Of a stretch of 32,000 bases of DNA, positions 9,523-17,574 are shown piece by piece. The position numbers were made by a program, and so were the translations under genes. Below the pieces are notes generated by a model. That model saw nothing but the letters and a program-made list of their open reading frames with translations. It searched no databases and was not told where the DNA came from. Within the stretch, counting starts at the first letter, position 1; each line of letters starts with the position of its first letter. The DNA is from Planctopirus limnophila DSM 3776 (GTDB taxonomy: Bacteria > Planctomycetota > Planctomycetia > Planctomycetales > Planctomycetaceae): the NCBI RefSeq assembly GCF_000092105.1, contig NC_014148.1:3420001-3452000 (forward strand). Reading direction: 5' to 3'.

Positions 9523-9831
9523 ATGACCAACCTCTTTAACGCCCTCCTGAATGACGAAGCCGGTTTCATTGTTTCTGCTGAACTTGTCCTGGTCTCCACC
9601 ATTGCTGTCCTGGCCATGATCGTCGGCTTGTCAGAAGTCGCCCTCAACATCAACAACGAACTCGAAGACGTCGGTGCTGCCTTTGGCAACATCAACCAGT
9701 CCTACAAGGTGGGTGGACTCGATGGACACATGGGTGGCACCTACGGCTCAAAATACAGCGATCGTCAAGATTTCTGCGACAACTACTGCAACATCGTCCC
9801 TAACGGCGACTTCTCCGGCGAACGCCCATAA
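9523..9831 (+). CDS. Flp-like (type IVb/Tad-type) pilin-like small protein, paralogue 1
   Basis: The start is set at Met 9523 (MTNLFNALLNDEAG|FIVSAELVLVSTIAVLAMIVGL). The leader ends in DEAG and is followed by a Glu-containing hydrophobic helix, like the Flp prepilin motif (..DEsG|ATAIEYgLI..). The 102-aa product has a C-terminal region with 2 Cys (DFCDNYC). Confidence 0.6.
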   Translation: MTNLFNALLNDEAGFIVSAELVLVSTIAVLAMIVGLSEVALNINNELEDVGAAFGNINQSYKVGGLDGHMGGTYGSKYSDRQDFCDNYCNIVPNGDFSGERP

Positions 9832-9967
9832 GCCACTACCATCAACTCTTCACCTTCGACCAGCCACATCGGATTTCAATGCACCTTGAGCAGCAGCTCA
9901 TGGAAATCACGAGATGGCAAACTCTGAATCACTAAACACACTCATCTTGTTTTCGAGGAATTTGCCC

Positions 9968-10288
9968 ATGAATGCTCTTCTGTTTTCCCTGTATCACAAT
10001 GAAGCTGGCTTTATCGTCTCCGCAGAACTCGTACTCGTCGCGACCATCGCGGTCCTCGCCCTTGTCGTTGGACTTTCCGAAGTCGCCCACGCAGTCAATC
10101 AGGAACTGGAAGATGTCGCCACAGCCTTCGGCACTGTCAACCAGAGCTATCGCTATGACGGCCTGACCGGCCACCAGGGTGCGGTCGGCGGCGGTAAATA
10201 CCGTGATTCTCTGGATTTCTGCGACGGCGATCGCGACATCGTCTGCGACGCTCCTTCCGGCGAATCTGGTGGTTACTATAACTACTAA
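9968..10288 (+). CDS. Flp-like pilin-like small protein, paralogue 2
   Basis: The start is set at Met 9968 (MNALLFSLYHNEAG|FIVSAELVLVATIAVLALVVGL). It is about two-thirds identical to paralogue 1 through ...ELEDV..AFG..NQSY...GL.GH.G...G.KY.D..DFCD...IV. The product is 106 aa with 2 Cys. Confidence 0.6.
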   Translation: MNALLFSLYHNEAGFIVSAELVLVATIAVLALVVGLSEVAHAVNQELEDVATAFGTVNQSYRYDGLTGHQGAVGGGKYRDSLDFCDGDRDIVCDAPSGESGGYYNY

Positions 10289-10437
10289 CCATATTGCTAT
10301 ATTTTCCACAGAGACGCCGATTCGCTATTCTTATATAGCACTCATCGATCACCCTGTCAGCGAATCATGTATCGTAATTACTTGACCAACGTCTCGACAT
10401 GACCTAGCGACTTCAAAATATCTCATGAGTCTTTCTG

Positions 10438-10495
10438 CCAGCCGTCCTTTGCCAGCAGTGGCACTTGCAAAAGTGCCCGCCCAAAGGACGGCTGG
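10438..10495. other. nested stem-loop element (14-bp outer stem, 7-bp inner stem with GCAA tetraloop)
   Basis: 10438-10451 ccagccgtcctttg pairs perfectly with 10482-10495 caaaggacggctgg. Inside it, 10460-10466 ggcactt pairs with 10471-10477 aagtgcc around the loop gcaa. The element is intergenic, between the pilin-like genes and tRNA-Ser, and no T-tract follows on either strand. Confidence 0.45.
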
Positions 10496-10907
10496 GTGTG
10501 CTTTCACCAAGCGTCTCCTCAACTCTCGAATCATGGCATCAGGAACCCATACTCACAGAATCTCACGGATAAGTCGGTCGATCTGGCCAGCCCCCGAGCT
10601 CAGACCATTCTTCCAGCCTGCCGCACCATTTCCGCGAAGAAGTCGGTCATCGACCACATTCAAAGTGCGTCCCGCGCAAACACTGAAACAAGGCACGTCG
10701 TCACAGGAAATCGATGGACAATCTCAATCGGTAGACAGTCTCTGGTGTTTCCTGCTGCACAAATCGGCCCGCACCCAGCCCAGCCAGAATTGCCAACAAT
10801 GGATTCGCAGCAGGGACACCTGAGAAGTTTTCACACCGGAAACAGCCCGCTAAACCGCTTGCGAAAACTTGACAGCGGAAAGCCAACCCCTTAACGTCAG
10901 GCAAGCA

Positions 10908-12272
10908 TCAAAAGTACCGCCCGGAGAGATGGCAGAGCGGTTTAATGCACCGGTCTTGAAAACCGGCATACCCGCAAGGGTATCCAGGGTTCGAATCCCT
11001 GTCTCTCCGCTGAGTTTTCTTCAAAAAGCCCCTGGTTTTCAGGGGTTTTTCTTTTTTGCCGGTCTCTTCCGGTAAAACTTCAGAAGTGTCAGGTTTTGCC
11101 TCCAAATGCCCCGTTGTGACGCCTCCGCGCTGCAACTGGCGCTGCAACGGCAGACAATCGACCGCCTTCTTCTGCTCGGCCAGGTCAATGTGCGTGTAAC
11201 GTGCCGCTGTGAGGACAGGCGTTGAATGCCGGGCCAGCTTCTGGGCGGTCGTCAACGAAACGCCGCTTCGTCCCAGGTTCGTGATGAACGTGTGACGCAG
11301 TGCATGAAAATCGGCGTATCGCCCGTTGGCGTCCTTGTAGGGTATGCCCGCTTCCTGGAGATCAAACTTCAAAAGTTTTCCCGCATAGCGATACTTCGCC
11401 CAATCTCCCGGCCACAAAGGTGTTCTTGCAGGCTTGCCGGCAAGCCATACTTGAAGTTCACTCCGCAGCTCTTCCGACAAGGGCAATTCGTCTTCACGCC
11501 GACGCTTGGAGTACGCAGCCCGCACCATCACAGTGGGCGGCGAGCGATCAAGCGAAATACTTTCACGAGTCAAGGAGGCCAGTTCTGACGCCCTCAGGCC
11601 TGTAGCACTCGCGACGAGATACAGCATCCGCCGATCTTCACCCCTGAACCCCAGGTACTCCGCGCCACTGGCTGCCGTTGTCAGCAATAGCGTCAACTCC
11701 GCATCGGAAAGTGCTCGACGATCGTGCCGCCGATCGACTTGCACGTTCAACATTTCGAGACGGACCAAAGGATCTTCCCCGATCCGCTTTTCGAGGCACA
11801 GCCAGCGAGTCAGCTGCTTGATGGCTCTCAAGTAATGGTTCGAAGTTTGGGCACTAATCCCCTGCTTATCCCCCTTCTTTGCTCTCAGATCGGCCAGAAC
11901 TTTGGCAATCGATTCAGCACGAAGTTCTGCCAGACGTCGAACTTTGCAAAGTTCGAGGAGCTTCCGGCAGCGTGTCAGAACCAGGCTGACTTGCCCTTCT
12001 GAAACTTGCTTGGCCCGCAAGGACTGCTCGAACGCCAGGAGATGTTCATCCAGAGATTCGTCCTTGAATCGAGCCGCAGGACTCAACAGCCCGGCCTGAA
12101 TCATGGAAGATTCCCGTTCCAGCTTGGCTGCAAGTTGCTGAGTGGCCCCCTTATCGGTGAAGCCGGGCACAGTCTTCAGTTGGCCGTCATAGTCGCGATA
12201 CCGGACGTACCACTTGCGAACCTTAACGGTCTTGCCGTTCTTCTTGTAAGTCGGTCGATAGATCGAAGCCAC
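10908..12272 (-). CDS. int: tyrosine-type site-specific integrase
   Basis: 454 aa. The N-terminal arm-type domain begins MASIYRPTYKKNGKTVKVRKWYVRYRDYDG. The catalytic region includes LVASATGLRASELASL (Arg I), ADFHALRHTFITNL (H-x-x-R) and ARHSTPVLTAARYTHID (His/Tyr). After the catalytic Tyr the frame stays open for about 95 codons. That tail runs antisense through the terminator hairpin, the att core and the tRNA 5' half before reaching the stop at 10908-10910. Confidence 0.9.
   Translation of the reverse strand: MASIYRPTYKKNGKTVKVRKWYVRYRDYDGQLKTVPGFTDKGATQQLAAKLERESSMIQAGLLSPAARFKDESLDEHLLAFEQSLRAKQVSEGQVSLVLTRCRKLLELCKVRRLAELRAESIAKVLADLRAKKGDKQGISAQTSNHYLRAIKQLTRWLCLEKRIGEDPLVRLEMLNVQVDRRHDRRALSDAELTLLLTTAASGAEYLGFRGEDRRMLYLVASATGLRASELASLTRESISLDRSPPTVMVRAAYSKRRREDELPLSEELRSELQVWLAGKPARTPLWPGDWAKYRYAGKLLKFDLQEAGIPYKDANGRYADFHALRHTFITNLGRSGVSLTTAQKLARHSTPVLTAARYTHIDLAEQKKAVDCLPLQRQLQRGGVTTGHLEAKPDTSEVLPEETGKKEKPLKTRGFLKKTQRRDRDSNPGYPCGYAGFQDRCIKPLCHLSGRYF
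10923..11009 (+). tRNA. tRNA-Ser (anticodon UGA), class II with long variable arm
   Basis: The cloverleaf was folded by hand. Acceptor stem GGAGAGA/TCTCTCC plus discriminator G; anticodon stem CCGGT/ACCGG with loop CTTGAAA (anticodon TGA); variable arm ATACCC-GCAA-GGGTAT; T arm CAGGG-TTCGAAT-CCCTG. CCA is not encoded. TTGACA at 10869-10874 is a possible -35 element. Confidence 0.93.
10952..11021 (+). repeat. attL: left copy of the island direct repeat (3' 58 nt of tRNA-Ser plus trailer)
   Basis: 10952-11013 is identical (62/62) to 23145-23206. The match extends to 11021/23214 with one mismatch (69/70). Confidence 0.9.
11029..11057 (+). terminator. rho-independent terminator downstream of tRNA-Ser (hairpin flanked by an A-tract and a T-tract, so potentially bidirectional)
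   Basis: The stem 11029-11034 cccctg / 11040-11045 cagggg has the loop gtttt and is followed by tttttctttttt. It is preceded by aaaaa, so the minus-strand transcript would also see the hairpin followed by CUUUUU. It lies inside the C-terminal tail of the integrase ORF. Confidence 0.8.
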
Positions 12273-12275
12273 GTT

Positions 12276-12494
12276 CTATCCCTTCCGTTTTTGAAGTGGT
12301 GGGGCCATGGGGACTGGGCACCCTGCCGCAATCCATTCCTGAATATCCGAAACTCTCCAGCGTGTCGATTTACCGACGCGGACAGGTGCAGGCAGTTTCC
12401 CCGCACTCCGCATCCGCCAAAGCGTTCTCAATGAGATGCTCAGCATACTCGCGACACTCTCCGCTGTCGCCAGTATTGGGTTGTTCTGATCCAT
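12276..12494 (-). CDS. xis: AlpA/MerR-like helix-turn-helix excisionase-type DNA-binding protein
   Basis: The start is set at Met 12494 (MDQNNPILATAESVASMLSISLRTLWRMRSAGKLPAPVRVGKSTRWRVSDIQEWIAAG). This matches the typical AlpA/excisionase pattern (LS.S.RT..R....G.fP.P...G....W...dI..Wi). It ends 3 nt upstream of the integrase start. Confidence 0.8.
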   Translation of the reverse strand: MDQNNPILATAESVASMLSISLRTLWRMRSAGKLPAPVRVGKSTRWRVSDIQEWIAAGCPVPMAPPLQKRKG

Positions 12495-12563
12495 CAGAGT
12501 TTCCTTTGCAAATTCATTTGTTCCAAAAGAGTTTTTAACACCCACATTACAAGCCATAAATAC

Positions 12564-12854
12564 CTAGCTCGCTCGCCTCATTATGGTTTCCAATTCATCG
12601 AAGGAGATACCTTCTTCTTGAGTATCCAAACGGCTTAGGATGACGCTAATTTCAATAAGGCCGGTTACTGGATCGACTTTATTGTCGATCATCACTCCTC
12701 GTTGAAAAAGCTCCTGCAAGTACTCGAAAGCCTCGTTGTCCGATCTGATTCGAAGGCCTTCTTTTGCTGCGAAGAGAACAACCATCGGTTTGAAATCTTC
12801 CAAAATCATCAATAAACGTTTTCGATCTCTACGGGCTTTGCGTTCTCGACTCAT
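12564..12854 (-). CDS. hypothetical protein (96 aa), translationally coupled to the upstream rep-like gene
   Basis: The start Met at 12854 overlaps the stop of the 12851..14140 ORF in an ATGA arrangement (12851-12854 tcat on the + strand). The N-terminus is basic (MSRERKARRDRKR). No family was recognised. Confidence 0.55.
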   Translation of the reverse strand: MSRERKARRDRKRLLMILEDFKPMVVLFAAKEGLRIRSDNEAFEYLQELFQRGVMIDNKVDPVTGLIEISVILSRLDTQEEGISFDELETIMRRAS

Positions 12855-14140
12855 GATTCGGATTCCTTTCCGGAAGTAGAGGTATCGATTTCTGTGCCCC
12901 CGGAACTCCCCGGGTAACCCAGTTGAATCGATTTCACAGCGAGCTTGCTTTGAAAGTCGTGTTGATCGAAATACCAACGCACTTGATCAGACATGGAGGC
13001 CAGTGCGTCTTGTAGCGTGAGTAACCGTTCTCTTGCGGCATATCCCACCAGGCAGCCAGCGACGTGGTTCACATACCAGGTGCTGTCAGCAGAAGCGGTA
13101 TCAAGCGTTCGCTCCAGATTCATCAATGACCCGAATTGATCGGCACATGATTGCACGACCTCCCACCAGGGAAGCACTGTGCGGCGGCTCGTGTTGCAGT
13201 CATCTTGTGCCCGCAGAGAGAACCAGTCTTCGGTGAGGTACTGCCATAATCCCCCGACTTTCTCAATCAGATGATCCAGTTGATCAATGCCAAACTGTTT
13301 GAGAATCTCCCGGCGTAGCTGATACTCAATTCGCCAGACATGCGTTTCCGGCTCAACATTCCAAAGCTCGTAGAACCAGAGCTTGGTACCCCCTTTGAGA
13401 ACTTCCAGGCCCTTGTCATAGATTCTCAATTGAATCGGTGATTTCTTGGCGCCGTGATAAAACGTCTCCAGTGAATCGCCAGTCATATTGTGAGAATGCT
13501 GCACATGCTGCGGGACTCGATGACTCAGGAGAAATGGCAGACTCAGAGGGTCTTTGAGTTGAAGATCAACGGCCAGATCACACCGGCTCGGTTTGATCGA
13601 TCGCACTTTTCCTTCCAGAAGCTCAATCCAACGAACCATCAGATTGACCGCACTGGAGATTCCCATCGACCAGAGCGTTTTCGCATTGATCGAAACATAA
13701 CCATTGGGAGTGTTTCTGTAAGGTTCAGCACTGCGTCCCAGATAGAGATGAAACTCCGGCCATTGGAGATGCCAGCGATAGCTGGGTGGCTTACCACTGG
13801 GGAGGATGAGGAAATGATCGCCAAAGATCGGAACACCTTGAGTTCCTGCGGCCTGCTCCTTGGCTTGATCGAGAATCTGAGTCAGATCCGACCAGTTTGA
13901 ACTCCACTCGATGTAAAGGCCCAGGTCGAGTGTATCAACGCCGCAAATCAGAGGAACAGGAAGGTGATTCTTCTCCCCATTTGTAAAGGGGGCTAGGCGT
14001 GTTACAGACAATGCCTCGCCCCCATGCCGTTGCATGGGATTTTGTTGAGAATCGCCTATTGGGTGTTCTTCAGAAGAAAACTTCTGGGGAATATCGCACC
14101 AGGAATTGTTCTCCTTGCGCGAGAAACTCTCGTCACACAT
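12851..14140 (-). CDS. replication initiation protein, Rep_trans-like (rolling-circle/phage CRI-type initiator family)
   Basis: 429 aa carrying the spaced motif series typical of the replication initiation factor family: PSRCDLAVDL, then TFYHGAKKSPIQLRIYDKGLE, then HVWRIEYQLRRE. Confidence 0.65.
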   Translation of the reverse strand: MCDESFSRKENNSWCDIPQKFSSEEHPIGDSQQNPMQRHGGEALSVTRLAPFTNGEKNHLPVPLICGVDTLDLGLYIEWSSNWSDLTQILDQAKEQAAGTQGVPIFGDHFLILPSGKPPSYRWHLQWPEFHLYLGRSAEPYRNTPNGYVSINAKTLWSMGISSAVNLMVRWIELLEGKVRSIKPSRCDLAVDLQLKDPLSLPFLLSHRVPQHVQHSHNMTGDSLETFYHGAKKSPIQLRIYDKGLEVLKGGTKLWFYELWNVEPETHVWRIEYQLRREILKQFGIDQLDHLIEKVGGLWQYLTEDWFSLRAQDDCNTSRRTVLPWWEVVQSCADQFGSLMNLERTLDTASADSTWYVNHVAGCLVGYAARERLLTLQDALASMSDQVRWYFDQHDFQSKLAVKSIQLGYPGSSGGTEIDTSTSGKESES

Positions 14141-14774
14141 GAAATCGCTCGCCCATTGAAATGAAGAAACTGTTTACGACGATTGTCGAAACAGCTTCAG
14201 CTGCCTGCTTTACAGGCCAGAAACATGGGCGGGGGCGAGCCTATCAACAAAAATATCCGCGCTACCAAAGACTCAGCAGTAACCACAAAAAAGACCGTGC
14301 AAAACGATCCCCCACTGAGCGGTGCATTCAACGGTGCGGAAAGCTCGGCGACAAACTGTCGCTTTTAAATAATGTATCCCATGCTCTGTGCTGAACTCTC
14401 AACCCAGGAACATCCTGGAACTGAACGGCACCCATTCAACTTGAACCATGATTTCAATAGAATCATTACCAACTTGAATTCGACACCGCCGAAAAAAGGT
14501 TATCCGCAACTTTCCAGTTGTCTAGGGGAGTTTCTCAGAATTGTAATCACTACATCATTTGTATTTATAATTGCAAATATCTCTCTTCTATTGGCCTTGC
14601 AGGCCGTTCGGTCACTCCGCTCCGATCTCCGGACTCCGCTTACGCTGCGCCGGAATCTTCGCTGCGTTCCCTCACGCCTCATAAGCCAGAAAGGCCGAGC
14701 GAAACACGCCTCAGCCCAGGCTGGCACCTTTGAGGGGTGCCCGTCGCCTGATCTGAGGGTTTCCACTAGGGGCC

Positions 14775-16322
14775 GTGAGTGATGCCGGGTTTTCCAGAAC
14801 ACTCATCGATGGTATGAAGGCCAACCCCTCTGATATATTGCGGGCTCCCTTAGGAGCCACAGACCGCATGTTCGAACAAGCCTTCAAAAATATCGACGAC
14901 GTCCTGCGAAAAGAGTCCGGTTGCACGACCGAACTCGATTACACCGAGCAAACCTCCTGGCTGCTCTTCCTCAAGTATCTCGACGGGCTGGAACAGGACA
15001 AAGCCGACGAAGCCGCCCTGGAGGGGAAGAAGTACACCTTCATCCTCGACCCGCCCTATCGCTGGGAGGCGTGGGCTGCTCCCAAGGGGAAAGACGGCCT
15101 GATCGATCACAACCGGGCACAGACCGGCGACGACCTGCGCGACTTCGTCAACGAGAAGCTCTTCCCTTATCTCCACGGGTTCAAGCAGAAAGCCATCGGG
15201 CCGAACACCATCGAGTACAAAATTGGTGAAATCTTCGGCGAGATCAAAAACAAAATCTCCAGCGGCTACAACCTGCGAGAAATTATCGATCACATCGATG
15301 AACTGCGGTTCCGCTCGCAGACCGAGAAGCACGAGCTGTCGCATCTCTACGAAGCCAAGATCAAGAACATGGGCAACGCCGGGAGGAACGGCGGCGAGTA
15401 TTACACGCCCCGTCCCCTCATCCGGGCAATGATCCAAGTGGTGAAACCGAAGATCGGCGAACGGATCTACGATGGCGCGGTCGGCTCGGCGGGCTTCCTG
15501 TGCGAGGCGTTCGAGTATCTGAGAGCGAAGCGAGGTTTAACAACCAAAGAGGCCAAGACGCTGCAGGAGAAGACGTTCTACGGCAAAGAGAAAAAGTCGC
15601 TGGCCTACGTCATCGCGATCATGAACATGATCCTGCATGGCATCGAAGCGCCGAACATCGTCCACACCAATACGCTGACGGAGAACCTCGCGGATATCCA
15701 GGAGAAGGATCGTGTCGACGTGGTGCTGGCCAATCCACCATTTGGCGGCAAGGAACGAAAGGAGGTTCAGCAGAACTTCCCCATCCGCACAGGCGAGACC
15801 GCGTTCCTGTTCTTGCAGCACTTCATCAAGATTCTGAAAGCGGGGGGACGGGGCGGCGTGGTCATCAAGAACACGTTCCTCTCGAATACCGACAACGCCT
15901 CGGTGAGTTTGCGGAAGCTGCTGCTCGAGAGCTGCAACCTGTACGCCGTGCTCGATTGCCCCGGCGGCACGTTCCAGGGGGCGGGCGTGAAGACCGTCGT
16001 GCTCTTCTTTGAGAAGGGAGCACCAACGCGGAAAGTCTGGTTCTACCAGCTCGACCCAGGCCGCAACCTGGGCAAGACGAACCCGCTCAACGATGCCGAT
16101 TTGGCTGAGTTCATCGAATTGCAGGCGACCTGCGCCGATTCGCCGAAGTCGTGGAGTGTGGAGGCCACCACGATCGACCAATCGACATTCGACCTGTCGG
16201 TGAAGAACCCCCACGGCGGCGAGGAAGTGACGCATCGCAGCCCCGAAGAGATCATGGACGAGATCGCCGCCTTGGACGCCGAGAGTGCCGAAGTCCTGCA
16301 AACCATCCGGGGGCTGATATGA
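14775..16322 (+). CDS. hsdM: type I restriction-modification system, DNA methyltransferase subunit M (N6-adenine)
   Basis: Motifs present are an HsdM N-terminal block (TEQTSWLLFLKYLD), a SAM-binding motif (IYDGAVGSAGFL) and the catalytic VLANPPFGG. The ORF-track start is GTG at 14775; ATG at 14814 or 14868 are equally plausible. The stop overlaps the hsdS start (ATGA at 16319-16322). Confidence 0.92.
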   Translation: MSDAGFSRTLIDGMKANPSDILRAPLGATDRMFEQAFKNIDDVLRKESGCTTELDYTEQTSWLLFLKYLDGLEQDKADEAALEGKKYTFILDPPYRWEAWAAPKGKDGLIDHNRAQTGDDLRDFVNEKLFPYLHGFKQKAIGPNTIEYKIGEIFGEIKNKISSGYNLREIIDHIDELRFRSQTEKHELSHLYEAKIKNMGNAGRNGGEYYTPRPLIRAMIQVVKPKIGERIYDGAVGSAGFLCEAFEYLRAKRGLTTKEAKTLQEKTFYGKEKKSLAYVIAIMNMILHGIEAPNIVHTNTLTENLADIQEKDRVDVVLANPPFGGKERKEVQQNFPIRTGETAFLFLQHFIKILKAGGRGGVVIKNTFLSNTDNASVSLRKLLLESCNLYAVLDCPGGTFQGAGVKTVVLFFEKGAPTRKVWFYQLDPGRNLGKTNPLNDADLAEFIELQATCADSPKSWSVEATTIDQSTFDLSVKNPHGGEEVTHRSPEEIMDEIAALDAESAEVLQTIRGLI

Positions 16323-17560
16323 AGGCTGGATGGATATACAAGACGCTAGACGACGTTTGCGAATTCAATAATGGACTTTGGAAGGGAGAGAAGCCACCCT
16401 TCGTCACAGTTGGCGTAATAAGGAACACCAACTTCACGAAAGAAGGCACGTTAGATGATTCCGACATTGCCTATATTGAGGTTGAGGCAAAGAAATTCGA
16501 GAAACGTCGCTTGGTCTTTGGCGACCTAATCTTGGAGAAGTCGGGGGGGGGGCCGAAGCAACCAGTAGGACGTGTTGCGCTCTTCGACAAAAGGGCGGGG
16601 GATTTTTCCTTCAGCAACTTCACAGCTGCGATACGCGTGAAAGATCCGAAAACGTTGGACTTCCGCTTTCTGCACAAGTTTCTTTTCTGGACGCACTTGT
16701 CTGGTGTCACAGAAACGATGCAGAGCCATTCGACAGGTATTCGAAATCTCAATGGCGACGTTTACAAATGCATTGAGGTACCGCTTCCCCCGCTGACCGA
16801 GCAGCGGCGGATTGTGGGGATTCTTGACGAAGCGTTTGAGGGCCTCGCCACCGCCAAAGCGAACGCCGAAAAGAACCTCCAAAACGCCCGCGCCCTCTTC
16901 GAAAGCCACCTCCAGGCCGTCTTCACCCAACGCGGCGACGGGTGGGTGGAGAAAACTGTGAAGGACGTTGCCTCGCCAATCAAAGGCTCAATTCGCACTG
17001 GACCTTTCGGTAGTCAATTACTGCACAGCGAGTTCGTTGATGAAGGTATTGCTGTTCTCGGCATCGACAACGCCGTCGCCAATGAATTCCGCTGGGGAAA
17101 AAGCCGGTTCATCACGAAAGACAAGTTCGGCCAGCTTGAGCGCTACCGAGTGTATCCCGGAGATGTGCTGATAACGATCATGGGAACATGTGGCCGCTGC
17201 GCGGTTGTTCCGGACGACATTCCGACCGCGATCAATACAAAGCATATCTGCTGCATCACGCTTGACTGGAAAAAGTGCTTGCCGAGCTACCTCCACCTCT
17301 ACTTCCTACACGCACAACAGTCGCAAGCATTCTTAGCGAAACATGCCAAGGGCGCAATCATGGCTGGACTGAACATGGGCCTAATTCAAGAGCTTCCGGT
17401 ATTGCTCCCACCGACTCAGGTTCAGTCAGCAATCGTCGAAGCAGCCAACGATCTCCGCGAAGAAACCCAACGCCTCGAATCCCTCTACCAGCGCAAGCTC
17501 GCCGCGCTCGATGAATTGAAAAAGTCACTGCTGCACCGCGCCTTCAGCGGGGAACTGTAG
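16319..17560 (+). CDS. hsdS: type I restriction-modification system, specificity subunit S
   Basis: The start is set at ATG 16319 (MKAGWIYKTLDDVCEFNNG), overlapping the hsdM stop. There are two target-recognition domains separated by the conserved central helix LPPLTEQRRIVGILDEAFEGL, and a C-terminal conserved helix (QRLESLYQRKLAALDELKKSLLHRAFSGEL). The 56 codons upstream in the ORF track (16151-16318) lie inside hsdM and are not used. Confidence 0.9.
   Translation: MKAGWIYKTLDDVCEFNNGLWKGEKPPFVTVGVIRNTNFTKEGTLDDSDIAYIEVEAKKFEKRRLVFGDLILEKSGGGPKQPVGRVALFDKRAGDFSFSNFTAAIRVKDPKTLDFRFLHKFLFWTHLSGVTETMQSHSTGIRNLNGDVYKCIEVPLPPLTEQRRIVGILDEAFEGLATAKANAEKNLQNARALFESHLQAVFTQRGDGWVEKTVKDVASPIKGSIRTGPFGSQLLHSEFVDEGIAVLGIDNAVANEFRWGKSRFITKDKFGQLERYRVYPGDVLITIMGTCGRCAVVPDDIPTAINTKHICCITLDWKKCLPSYLHLYFLHAQQSQAFLAKHAKGAIMAGLNMGLIQELPVLLPPTQVQSAIVEAANDLREETQRLESLYQRKLAALDELKKSLLHRAFSGEL
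16543..16552 (+). repeat. homopolymeric G10 tract inside the hsdS coding sequence
   Basis: The sequence reads tc-gggggggggg-cc at 16541-16554 and encodes ..EKSGGGPKQ.. (codons 75-78 of HsdS). It is the longest homopolymer I noticed in the window. Confidence 0.95.
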
Positions 17561-17574
17561 GAGATGCCCATATC

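Noticed and set aside
10295-10340. 8-bp AT-rich inverted repeat (tgctatat / atatagca) just after the second pilin-like gene.
   Set aside because: The stem is short and AT-only, the spacer is 30 nt, and there is no T-tract. It is too weak to call a terminator or an operator.
10869-11075. 68-aa plus-strand ORF spanning the tRNA-Ser gene.
   Set aside because: It consists of the translated tRNA and its terminator, and the region is fully explained by the tRNA.
14161-14394. A 77-aa basic ORF, plus overlapping small ORFs, in the rep to hsdM intergenic region.
   Set aside because: There is no RBS context and no motifs, and the overlapping alternative frames are of similar length. The region is treated as non-coding regulatory or origin DNA.
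14850-16301. Long minus-strand ORFs of 195 aa and 254 aa inside hsdM. Comparable antisense ORFs occur at 21584-22300, 20486-20914, 29628-30368, 30414-31418, 26457-27308, 4052-4750, 1251-1898 and 310-738.
   Set aside because: These are typical shadow ORFs on the strand opposite strongly supported genes in GC-rich DNA. Their low-complexity composition is rich in Arg, Gly, Val and Asp, and no motifs are present.
16151-16318. A 56-codon N-terminal extension of hsdS in the ORF track (MECGGHHDRP...).
   Set aside because: It lies entirely inside the hsdM coding region in another frame and is rich in Arg and Pro. The ATG at 16319, which overlaps the hsdM stop in an ATGA arrangement, is the natural start.
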